Below, piece after piece: positions 13,507 to 25,718 of a stretch of DNA of 64,000 nt. The stretch is taken from positions 10,232,001-10,296,000 of the forward strand of contig CM119372.1 in NCBI GenBank assembly GCA_051294905.1, given 5' to 3'. Every line of letters starts with the position of its first letter. Position 1 is the stretch's first letter. This stretch comes from Botryllus schlosseri. Its lineage: Eukaryota. A program made the position numbers and the translations under genes. The notes under the pieces were generated by a model. The model made no database searches. It worked only from the letters and a program-made list of their open reading frames with translations, and was not told the origin of the DNA.

Positions 13507-13708
13507 GATATTCCTCAATTTTGATTCCGTATATCTGCCGACGTGTAGCACGGCCTTCGGCATTTTGTAAGACACCGCTTTCACGGATGAAATGGTTAAG
13601 AGGAGCCTAGCCACTTAGGTAGGAATTCTGGAGTCGACCTCGGTCGGACTCGAACACGCAACTCATTGGTGTTGCATCTGTGGATTGCACCACTCACCTT
13701 ATCTCGCC
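13507..13708 (-). mobile_element. tRNA-derived SINE, family A
   Basis: Minus-strand B-box GTTCGAGTCC followed by gaccgaggtcgactccagaa; homologous to 21921-22128. Confidence 0.75.
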
Positions 13709-16700
13709 AAGTAAATGATTCCGTATAATATTAGAAAATTTGATAGAAGATGTTTTGCTGCATCATGTGTCTGTTATGGTCCGTAGGCCTATATGCCATC
13801 GCCTTCGGTACTGATTAGGGATTGGTACTGACCGCTCGGGTAAATCGATGTACACCCAATCAGTGCTATATGACATTAAATAAAATTATGACGTCCTATA
13901 GTTTAAGTGTAAAAACTTTGTCTGTTGATACGAATCCTATATGTTCACTGAGTTGGTGGAAATCAAGAATACCCTTTCTGAAGTGCAAAATGCATTCCCT
14001 GTGCAGCACAAAATCCATGGAGCAGAAATCCACAAACTTCGATCAACCATTATAAAAGGTCGTGTCTGCGAAATTCAAATTTAACCAAGCCTATATAGGC
14101 CTAATTATACACGGAAAAATTCCGCCCGAGCTGTCGTTCAAAGATGCACTATAAAGAACACGTGTGTTTATTATCCAGAGGTTTCGTTACTCCGTAAATC
14201 TAAGCATTCTTAATATTACCATTAAAATACATTAAAATCCACTGACCAAAACTGTTGTATAAAACCACAGTAAAATGGAAAGCACAACGCGACGCTATAC
14301 TATTACAAGTATACAGAAGAAGGTGGATTCATATTTTGATTGACATAACCTTATGGTACAATATTGCGTTAAATCCATGCTTGCAAAGTCGGCCGGAGTC
14401 TTTACTCAGAACCACAAACCCGGTGTACCGTGTAACAATTTCTGATACACACTCCGGGAATCAACGCGTTTCGCGCGACAAGGCCTTATCTAATGTTTTG
14501 CAAAAAAACTGAGATACCGATATTTTGCGGTATAATACTGGATTAGCACGAGTAGGGATCCTATGAGAACCTCTCCAGTAAGGAGTAATCATGTTATCAA
14601 GAGCTTAAATCCCAGCAACAGCGAATGCAAGAGATTGCAACCGCAAACCAACCAAGTGGGAGGTTCCCGCAAATTAGTAGTCTCGCTTTATTTTTCGACG
14701 AAACGGTACATGGTCTAATCAATTTTGCACGCCCCATTAATAGGATTTCCAAATCTTCGTTTTGTCATCAACAGACCGATCGGTGTGGTATGGACGAGTG
14801 ACGTAGCATTGTTGTTACTACATTTACGCGTGACCGATGTACAACCCCGGTCTGTGACTACTTCGGCCATTTTCATCCACGTAGGATCGTATTGCTACCC
14901 TCTTTTGTTACATCGTTAGAGCAAACAGATTAACGCGTAAATTTCGCTAAGTGGAAAGTTGCGATAAAGGGATTTCATAGATGAGGGCGGCTTTACAACT
15001 ATTTTGTCTTGACCTTCAGAGACTCCTCCATATTCCCCACGTCCATACCCGTATAAGAGGTAGGAATGGACTCCTTATGTTACGCTTGCGATGTAACGAA
15101 TGGTTGCAGAAGGTTACCCCTCGCGAATGGGCGGGGTTGAAAGCAAGGCATTCTTACTGCGGAATATATATTTGATTTATACACATTCCTGCACTTTTCC
15201 ATAATGAGGTGCTTTGGATATCACATTGCCTATCACGATTTGTTTTGCCCCCATTAAGTAACAATTCCTCGCGAGGGGACAGCAGATTAATCACCGCGAG
15301 TCCGCGCTGTCCATAGCGCAACCCCTATCACTTAAATTCAATCGGGGGCTGACCCCTGTTTCAACCCATTCTTTCTCTATTTACCGTAAAGTGTTTTCTT
15401 CGCTAATCCGTATCGAATAACGCGACACGCGTCTTCGACGACTAAGCTCCATTCACAACGGCAAATACTGGGTGTTATCACACGGTCGCCGTATTTTTCA
15501 CGAAGCCAGAAATTTTGTTGCTCAAGTTGGACTGATTAGGGGAGATGTCGCAATGGACAAGTGCTTAAGTTTGTTCTCTAATATCGGCAGTCGGCACCCG
15601 CTATAGTCGGTTAGTGTTCAACGACAAAATAAGGTATTGCTTTTTGTGGATGTTGCTTTGCCCTTATGGCATTAAACTCCTCCGTCAACGAATGTATTTT
15701 TAAGAAACACCATTTTATTAGTCAATCTGCCTGAACTACGAGCAGAATATGGAAGCAAAACGGATGCAGCAGAACGCTTGACAGACGTCATAACATCGTT
15801 GAAGGTGAAGCCGTAAATTCACTTATCATTCATTGCATTGTAATGTTTACTGATATTGTGCCCCATGCATGAGCAAATGAAATTCACGTAATCCCAGCAC
15901 AAATTCTGCAAGGATCTAATCCAAAACAGGCGTGTGGATGAATAAGGTTGTGGAATGTAATCAAGGGATCGAGATCTAATACAGTTTGAATCATATATGA
16001 GTAAAATAACAATAATAAACTAACAGGATTAACAATGTATTGTATGTAGAAACAAAGCAAACTAATCGCGAGACAAAGCATTCGTGATATCTTAAATGAC
16101 ATATACGATCAATTAAAATAGAAAATCCAAGTAAGACATCATGACTTTTCAGGTTCAGAAAATTGATCAGTAACCTCAAAAAGATAGATGTATATCGAAA
16201 GCTTTTTGGTGTACATATATTTGGTTAACTGTCTATCGGCGAAGTGTGAGCAAGCCACATTCCCCTTCACGCTCATGCATACGCAACGCATATCCTCCTG
16301 TAAAAGATTGACAGTTAGATGTGGAAATCTTCCAAAGCAATACCGGAAATGTCCCCACACTTTGTCATTAGATTGCTATTTCTTGATAGCACAGAATACC
16401 CCATTGCATCAATAATCAGGCACTGTGATTCTATCGAAGATGTAGAAACTATTAACTGAAAGTGGAATTCGAAAAGTTGGTTAAGTGATGACTCTGATGA
16501 GTTATAGCTCAAGTAGCGTACGTGTCACCCATACCGGATGTCAGCATCCGAAAGTCGAATTGTCCCACCTTCGTCTACTGTCTACTCATTGCCGTAATTG
16601 CAGAAACAATTAGCAAATGCTCTTCTCCTTGGAATATTTCCAACATCTTTCTACAGTAACAAAACTGTTGTTTTATAAAACAAATCTGTGGCGTTTTGTG

Positions 16701-19282
16701 TTATCTAAACGCATCGCTTTCCCTTTGCGGTTCATCACGTGGTGTGTTTTGACACATAAGTGATGTCATGGTTATCTACATCATCGTGACGCGTGGAACT
16801 GGTACTAGCCTATATGTTCATTACTATATGCTCCGTTCTCTATAACGCATTTACTGACGGTCGCTCCCTCCCGATGAGAGTCAGCTGATATGCTAAGAGC
16901 GAAAAAATGTAATGTTCGTTACAATATGTAAATTATGTACCACGAGGGACTTAATATCGTGACTATCATAATCTGCAATCAAATCATTCCTCTTCCGCGC
17001 AAATTAACGTTGCTTTATTCAAACATTTTACAGTACAATCTTTACATCCAGAAACAATGTGTGTTCATTTCTGTCGAACTATAGTTATATCATGTAGGCC
17101 TAATCGTAAACACCCCCATCGAAATATAGGTTCAGAGTAAAGTCAAGGGCAGGGATCTTTGCAATCATGTATATTTGATCATGATCATTATCATCATCTG
17201 AATGAAGTACACGCCCGAAAGCTTGTTTGCAAGTTTACAACCGAATGTATATAGCCTACCGTTTACTAAAATCGTGTATTCCACCGTTGTCCACCGTAGG
17301 TATGGTGCAAATGAGGTACACGACACTTTCTATTACATGTCGCTCTCACACTGGTAGATGAAGTGAAAACGAACCAAATACACCATTGGATATGAGAATA
17401 CGTCCCAGGAATGATGTAGGCGCTGTTTACGCGTACCACGTTTTGGGGTGGTAACGCGCACTTTTTCCGCTAACGGTGCATGTTGGTTGGACGTAAATTT
17501 AGTCTTGCTATTATAACGAGCAAATTGTGCAGATTGCAATCGTTTACAATCTAAACTTTGGATTGTAACTCGTTTGGTGACCTCATTTAGCTTGATGTGA
17601 CACTTGATAAATAGCATATAGGGAGTTGCTGGATGAATGTCTGCAGTATTTACTGTAATCGTTTGAAATAGTCCTACATCGGATGGATCATGCGGAGTTG
17701 AGCTACAGCCTTCTTGAACGATTCATCGCCTTACGATTCTCAGAACATTACTAAAGTAGGAGTTGCTAAACATGTAGCTACTCGCTGAGACAGTTGTATT
17801 TCAAACTATCACCAAATAGTATAGGTTCAATTAATCCTAGATCCAGTGTGCTGATTTGAAATGTTTACATTTCATTATACCACAGAAAAAGGGTTGTACT
17901 TTGCCAATTACCAATAGTCTAAGGAGAATTGGGTGGAAAAGTTGATTCGCGTTAGGTTACAGTGATGCATACTGGTCACGATGACAGATGATTCATATCC
18001 ATTACGTGGGACGTTTTATGCTACCAGGCAGGCTTGCTCTCAAACGGAGAAGCGCGCGAGACAAAAGTAGTTTTGGAAATTCATAAAATCTCGATGGAGA
18101 TGGAATGTGGGCGCCAACAATTTGACAACGTGTTTTCCGTTTCACATGACCGTTTATATTAGTTTGTTTCTTCGAGCCCTCGAGTTTGCTGTACTTACTA
18201 CGAAGCGCCAATTTCGGTTTGTGTGACTGTGGGTGATCGATTTGTACAACGACAAATGTTTAGGATCACCGTATTAGATGTACCTAACCGTGAGATGGAT
18301 GGCTACTTCTGGAGGAGTCATAATGGCGCCCCCGTGACAATACTCAACACATGTTCTTCGTCAATACGTAACCGTGATTGTCAACGTTCCGAAGCATCTT
18401 TAGTCGAGTAAACTTTGTTGCTTACTCGGAAGACATTCGTGAAGGCTAGTCCGGGCATCGAAAGCATTCAGCGTATCATTCAACGAACTTATTGTCTCTC
18501 GGACAGAAAATATGCGGTTATGCTATGTTTAGATAATGAATGCCATATTTGTTTGTAAACATAAGTAGGCGACATCATAGTCTTTGGCTTGTGCTTATCT
18601 AGTACAGACCTCGGCATTTTACGACACGATTCTGATCTACCCGCAATTAGTTAATTTCAATTTGGAACATAAAACCTACTTTTGAACGTTAATGCGTGAA
18701 CCATGCTGTATAAACTGGACCGGAAATGAGTTTTTTAAGCCTGTTTGTGTTTAATTATGTACCGCAATTCTGTAGCTTACGCAAGCCTATGTCGTATGCG
18801 TAATCCAGATTCAAAATGAAGCCTATTTAGCGAAGTCTGACGTAGCAATTAAAATAAAAAGTAGAAAGTAACTCTTTCCATTAGTATGGTTCAACTTAGT
18901 TTGTTGCCATTGTTACATTACGAATTACACGGTCTTTCCTGTAATTTGTTACGTCATACGTTTCCAAATCCCTATTTTGTAAAACAAATTAATAAGTTCA
19001 TGTGATTCGCGTTCATCGTCACCCATAGACGGCGACCTGGAATGTCAGAAAAGAAAGGTGGAGGGGGAATGCCGAAAACAACAAAGCTACATTACAAAGT
19101 TATACACTGCTCCGGATGCATCGACCATGACCAGCTTTGTAATATCCTAAACACATTTGGTGTCTTAATAGAAAAAAGTCTCTGGGATTATTCTGATTGG
19201 AAACGAGTTGAAATGTTTCATGATTATCATTGTGTTGTATAATGACACTTCATAAATAATCTTTTTTTAAATAATATTAAAC

Positions 19283-20357
19283 TAGGGTTGCCATACGTCC
19301 GGAATTTTCCGGACATGTCCGGAATTTCACTGTTAAAACTGCGTCCGGGAGGAATTTCTAAAATATCCCAAAATGTCCGCAATTTTGAAGGCTTGAAATA
19401 AGCTCATTTTTTTTTCGTATATCAATATAAACTATATTATTTTGGGCAGATTTATGCCACATGAAATTTTTCTTCGCTCTGCGCGCGATTTAGTATCACA
19501 TGTGTTGATTTTAATATAGGGACTACCACCCTCGCACAAATTGCGATCAAAAATAAATAAAATACCCGTCATTTAAAGAAATAAATCTAATTTTAATCGG
19601 TACGGAACGGTATATCCCTATAGAGTCGGTTTAGGCCGTTTAGATGCTTTATTCAAAGATAGCGGTTCTAATCCAGGGGGTCGTTTGCCTTTATGCTGGG
19701 GTTCACGAAGATGTTGAACGTAATCAGTTTCCAAAATATGCCGTGAGTAAGTCTGGGCAAAGGTTCCGACGTTTTATTAGTAATCAGCTTATCAAGTTTT
19801 GAACTGGGCTACAGAACATTTTCAAACTGGAATGGAGTCGCGACCATAAAAGGTTGCACACCACCGGGTGTGCGGTGTTTATTTGGCTCAGTGGTGCGCA
19901 ATGCGCACCAGCATTAGGCTGTAATAATCTTATCGGTGTGACATGAACGTGACTTGATGATGTATAATTACGCTCTCTCCACCAGCTCTACCGCTAACTC
20001 TAATCATGTGGGCGGAGAGAGGATCAAAATTATATAGTAATATATGGAAGAACCAATATTATTGACAGAATTCATTCAAATCATTTAACGACCAGATGCA
20101 CATAGTAAGCCTCCAGAAGTTGCATCGTTTATCCTACGGCGAGCCCAAGATCAGTGTTTATTTGGGCGGGAGGGGCTGAAAACATGTGGCTTCGGCCCTG
20201 GTCACAACTTACGACACACAACCACATATTCCTGAGCCGGATCGTGACCACCTCTAGTCGATAGGCAAAGCTTTGCTGGTGTAACCGGATTTTGTGAATC
20301 CGCTAGGGGGCGCTAACGAGCCTCCGGAATTCGTGCCACAAAAATATGGTAACCCTA
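19283..20357. mobile_element. Non-autonomous hAT element
   Basis: TIR TAGGGTTGCCATA...TATGGTAACCCTA; perfect 8-bp TSD TATTAAAC; subterminal tccggaatt repeats. Confidence 0.92.
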
Positions 20358-20965
20358 TATTAAACCACCCACTTATACCAGCTTGTTTTCGCAATGTAAT
20401 TCAGAATCTAGAAATACAATTTATTCATCGCACTAACACAATGTAAACTTTTGGCTCGGCCCGTCAACGTATTTTCTGCTTCTCTTTTGACTCAGAGTAC
20501 AGCAGTACGGGACGATAAATGCTTATGGTAATTCGTACCACGACTTCTTTTATTACCGTAATTTAGTAGCTATATCTTGTCATATAATACACATTTGGGT
20601 TGGCCGAGCACATTGGCCACTGGCCTACGACGCTACGACATAGTGGCAGGGCGGCATAAAATCTCGAATGGATACTTACGTTTCCAATGCACCGGGCAAA
20701 ACTCTTAGCCTAACTACGATTGTGGTGTAGTAAGATACTACCAAGGTATCAGGGTTAAAACATCTCTGGTCATCATCCTGCGTCTTGTCACTTTTCAGCC
20801 CCATGCTCTGGTGAGGGGGACTAGAAAAATAGTCACACCTTCGCCGGCCAAACCCCAAAAGCGTGATCGAATTACCCGAGTGATGACCTTTCATTGAGTT
20901 ATCACCTCCCCCAATACTACTATACGTGTGCGAGTTCGCGTTCCACTGCCACTGACGTTGTTTCT

Positions 20966-20998
<33 letters not shown>

Positions 20999-21014
20999 AC
21001 AACAACAACAACAA

Positions 21015-21052
<38 letters not shown>

Positions 21053-21060
21053 CAGCAACA
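20966..21060 (+). repeat. (ACA)n microsatellite
   Basis: About 30 ACA units with a few interruptions. Confidence 0.97.
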
Positions 21061-21430
21061 ATCATTGGGTTATAATTTTCATCTGAACAAGTTACACACA
21101 ATGTACAATGCGATAAGACACAATGCGATGTAACGAACAGATAGGAGGATGTCGAACGACACGCATCAGTAGCGATCCTTTACTCTAACATCCACCTCGG
21201 CCTAGAGTGCCCGTCACAGTTCTTTTCGATTTTGATCTTTCTTGAAGCCGCGGTCCTTTCTACTAGTTCTTTCCATTCCCTGTGAGTACTTTCTTTCTTC
21301 GGGTCTTTTTTTCTGGGCTTTTTTTGTCGCCGTAAGAACGGCGACAGCGGGGGAAGAGGAGCCCAGATGAACCTCCGATGGGAATCGAACCCGGTCCCCG
21401 GCTTAGTAGGCGCTTATCGTTACTACCAGG
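20966..21430 (-). mobile_element. tRNA-derived SINE, family B, ending in a (TTG)n tail
   Basis: Minus-strand head ...gggttcgattccc (B-box); body shared with 52532-52930; 3' end runs into the (ACA)n/(TTG)n microsatellite. Confidence 0.72.
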
Positions 21431-21765
21431 GCCGTAACAGCACTTCGTCAGCCCCCTCAAAACGTTGGTTTTGGGCCCCCCATAGGGTGATAAACCGGAC
21501 TTCTGGGGGGCTTCGCCCCCCAGACCTCCCTTGTCTGCCCGCTCTTTGCCGCTTCTTGTCATCAATATTGGGTGTTCGTTTAGTGGGCCACCTATTCTGG
21601 CCTAGACGCGCGAAGCGCGAAAACTTTCAAGAATTCATTATTGAATCGGTCCGTATGATCGGGAATTGCATACATATTGCTATCAATTTTTATCCCCTAT
21701 CTGCTGATGTAATCAGATTTACCGATAGAGCTGAGTGAGATGAATTTGAAAAGGTAGGACCCCTC
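21431..21765 (+). repeat. Dispersed repeat also found at ~48670-49240 and ~62780-63110
   Basis: Shared blocks cagcacttcgtcagcccc, gcgaagcgcgaaaa, atgatcgggaattgcata and gatttaccg. Confidence 0.75.
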
Positions 21766-21920
21766 AATAGAGATGCCGAACAGTTGAGAATGCGAAACAG
21801 TAATCTACTTGCGCCAACTTGCGATTGGAAAGCGGAATGGCGTGATGGACAATTTCGTCGAGTTGTTGTTTGTGGTATTCATGGTGTTTGTCGACTACAT
21901 TGGGTGATTTGCACCAGACA

Positions 21921-22128
21921 GATATTCCTTATTTTTCATTCCGTAGCTGCCGACTTGTAGCACGGCCCACTTCTAGACCTTTTAAGACAGCGCTTACGCG
22001 GATGAAATGGCGAGAAGGAGCCAAGATAAACCTTCAACAAACCTTCAGTTCTGGAGTCGACCTCGGTCGGACTCGAACCCACAACCTATTGTTGCAGCTG
22101 TGGATTATACCACTACGCTATATCGCCA
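21921..22128 (-). mobile_element. tRNA-derived SINE, family A
   Basis: Minus-strand A-box TAGCGTAGTGG and B-box GGTTCGAGTCC; body shared with 13507-13708. Confidence 0.8.
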
Positions 22129-24170
22129 CATTTCGTCGAGTAAAATATTCCTCTGTCTCACCGACATAAATACGATAGTGAAGAATTTATTGCATATAAA
22201 AGTTATAAATCCAAGGACGATTCATATTGCTGATAACTGGAAAATCGACCGACTATGCGAAATTCTTGTCGAACTTCTCAGTAACGCAGCATTATCACTT
22301 ATTCGAATTCAAATGTTAAAGTCACGTTTCTATCGATAATTCTCGACTGAATGCAACTCTCGCCAAATACGAAAAATGGTAGTCGCCAACGTATATTCAG
22401 AGACTGTGTTGGGACGCCTCGAGTCATGACTCGAGTCAGACTTGAGTCAACTTTGTCAGATGACTCTGATCTTTTCATTGGATCGCAGTCTTGTGGTGTA
22501 TTGGAATGATGACATTGTTAATAATAAATTGATTGATCGATTGGCGTGAATTTACTCGCGCCACTTTGCAAAAATGACTTGACTTGGCATATCAAAAACG
22601 TTGATTGACTCGTGACTCGAAGCAAAATTTTCGAGTCAATCACAAGTCATCTAAAATCGGCGTTGACACGATCGACACGCTGATATGAGCTGTTCGAGCA
22701 ACCAGTTGCGAAAAATTGCGCAGTCTGGATTTACTGAACCTCATACGGTATGTCACAAATAAATTGACAACAAACAAAGTGATTTAAGCTTACTATCGTA
22801 GACCAGAAGTCTTAGCAGTGTCCTCGCTATTCACATTAACGAACCTCTTGTATGAATAATATAGGCTTACTGTAATTTTATACATTTATATCACTCGTCA
22901 ACAATTGGTGCAGGCTTACACTACACTCTGTCGTATGGATGGTGGATTGTGTCGGATATTGCGTCGTAGTAATTTGTTCAAACGTTCGTATTCTATCATC
23001 TATCATCTATATTTCTGACACTACATGTAACCTTCAGGAGGATTTTTCCTCCTTTTTCGGGTTTTCGAAAATGTCCTCCGAGGACGCCTAAATGTCGTCC
23101 ATTTTGGCAAATCGTCCTCCTTTACAGCTTTTACTGCTAGAATAATGGACAGGTTCAACTGATAATCGGCCTAAATGACGTGAAATCGGTAACACGAACG
23201 TCCGGCTGTTTTCAGTCTTGTTCAACTAACTTTTTCTGATTTGGTAAAAAAACGTCCTCCTTTCCCGATTCCAAAACATAGTAACCCTAATATATATGAG
23301 CCTTACAACGCCCCGTTGAAGATACAATCATCTCGATATTCGATTCGGAAGTAATGGTGGTTTAATGTGTGATTTAATAATCTTGCAAAATGCAATGACT
23401 TGAATCATATGCCCAAACACTGTTCAGGCGATCTGCTGCTTTGTGAACTATCTGAATTATTACAGCGTGATTCAACGCAGTGACCTTGACTACGCTTGAT
23501 TATTCCTGTAAAATTATTATTATTTGCATGGAATAAGATGTTTATTACCGATCAGCAAGTTACACTCTACTACTGGGAAGAACTTGAGTAACGAAATCGC
23601 AATGGAAAATGACGAGTGACATAAACTGGCGGGTAACGAAATGCATAATTCTTTTGAAAACCTAAAATTACACAAATGCTACGCAAGACTAAGGGTGGGC
23701 AATTGTTTTTACCTCGCGGGCCACATTCAGAACATCAATAGATTCGCGGGCCACAATATGACATATTGGGTATTATAGGCCAAGTGATAAAATCTAAAAT
23801 AGTCATACAACGCAATCATTCATTTGATTTTAGAATCTGGAATTTTGATTGGTCACATAAATTAGAGTAAACAAACATAATTGTCTGCTTTGAATACGAC
23901 CCTGACACATTAATGAGATTTCATAATGGCTTTTGCACTAGTTTACGATCAGGCGTTTACAGTACGATACAAAGCATCTACAAATAAGCGCTAAACGAAA
24001 TCAGGTGCTAGCAAGTGTAAAAAATAGACATCGTTCATTCATGTTTGAATCTTCTTCGTGAGTAGGAATATTTGATTCGGACAAGGGAACTGTGATGTTA
24101 CTGTTAAAAATCTCTGGGCCGCACACAAGCTAGAATATAACGAACTTGTACGAACTTTTGATTCTATAAA

Positions 24171-25718
24171 TCAACCTTCACAAATTGCAGACGATTTGAG
24201 GTCTTCAGTTCTCCTCGGAAACTTTTCAAGAAATTGTTCCACTTCCACCGTCGCTTTGACCGAGGCGATGTTCAATCCGGTCCTGCACCATTGACTTGGG
24301 CTATGTATTTTCCCCCTGCGATCCTTGATTTTGAATCCTTTGACTCCCAGTATCGGAATCAATCTACCCTTCCACTCCACTTCGTTTCCCCAGTCTTGCG
24401 GGCATTCGACGCAACATATTCTGTTGACGTGGGTCATGCCTGTCTTTGACAATTCCTCACCGCTTTTCTTGTGCGAATTGGACTTGTACATGGTTTGGAA
24501 GTTATTGTCATCGATAGTGTGATGGTTGCCATTGATCCTGAAACCAATGTATACATTTTGAACCACGGTTTAGTTGAAACTACAACGGGTTAAGTGTAAT
24601 ATTTCTTCCTATCGTTGACTCGAATAAGGTTTTATTCACCTAGTGCAGGCTTGAGCAACCTGCTGCCGTGGAAGGAAATTTGTGCGTTATTCAACTAGTA
24701 TGTGCTGGAGGCTGTCGACATGAAAATTGAATTCCCGAAGTGAATCCGAATTTTTTAGAGATTTAATTGATCTTAAAATTTTCTTTGCGCTATGAGCGAT
24801 TCAATGCGACTTCATTTTCCGAGTTTAACATAGTAGCGTTCTTTACAATCTGAGCCGCATAGTACAGATGCGAGCAGCGGAGGAAAATGATTCGCCCCAT
24901 ATAGAAATACAAACTTGGAACCGTGTGCTCCTCACGAAAGAAATTTATTTGTGGTACGTTTGGTAGATTCCAATATCTGACCACTATACCGACAATCCTG
25001 ATGCGAGGTCAAGAAATAACAGCATGCAACAAAGTAAATAATAACAATTAGCCCACCCGAATATGCATCATCATTTACAACTTGCAAAAAGGTTGGTCAC
25101 TCCTGACCTAGTGTTATGTCAGAAATATAACATACGCATTGGAACAATACTCGATTCAGTGCAATTATTTTGTGAAGAATTTGTGTGCCAATCAGTCACA
25201 CCAATTTGTTTCAAATTTGGTAACGGTGAACTATTATTACAGAGTCGTCCACAGTTAAAGCCAGAAGTGGTCAAATCAGTCATCGTTGATATGATGTTGT
25301 ATATGCCAAATGAATTACAAGTAGAAGAAGAGCTAAACCGCCGTGATTCGTAAAACAGAGTCCCTTTGAAATATTGGCTACATCTCTGCCTTGAGTGCAT
25401 TAAGAAGCGATAACAAGTGACCAAAGAGATAACCAGATGGGAATGGTAAAATTCGTGGAAAATTGTGTAGCTGCAGTCCGAACACCGTGGATTTCTGAGG
25501 ATGATGCACCTTCAACTTCAATTTAAGACCATGTCATATGTAGAGTGCAGTGCCCGTTAAATGACTTACTTGACAATATTCGATACATAGCAAATCGGCG
25601 TGCTGCAATGTCGACAGAGTAGCGTATCCTCATCGGTGTGCAGTTTAGGTTTCGTTGGAGCTTTTCTCTTTCTACTCTCTTCGATTTCCTGGAAAGCGTT
25701 GATTCTTCCCTCCGTTAA
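24171..25718 (-). CDS. RLR C-terminal regulatory (Zn-binding) domain exons
   Basis: TLLCRHCSTPICYVSNIV|KINGNHHTIDDNNF...RICCVECPQDWGNEVEWKGRLIPILGVKGF...SQW; stop TGA at 24173-24171. Confidence 0.92.

Noticed and set aside
20894..21133. Poly-Thr ORF (mucin-like)
   Set aside because: Translation of the (ACA)n microsatellite at a SINE tail.
21921..22128. tRNA gene (also 13507-13708 and ~21370-21430)
   Set aside because: A and B boxes are present, but there is no full cloverleaf, and long diverged bodies are shared between copies, so these are SINEs.
25063..25424. Intronic ORFs of 96 and 101 aa in the last RLR intron
   Set aside because: No recognisable domain; the flanking CTD exons join in frame without them.
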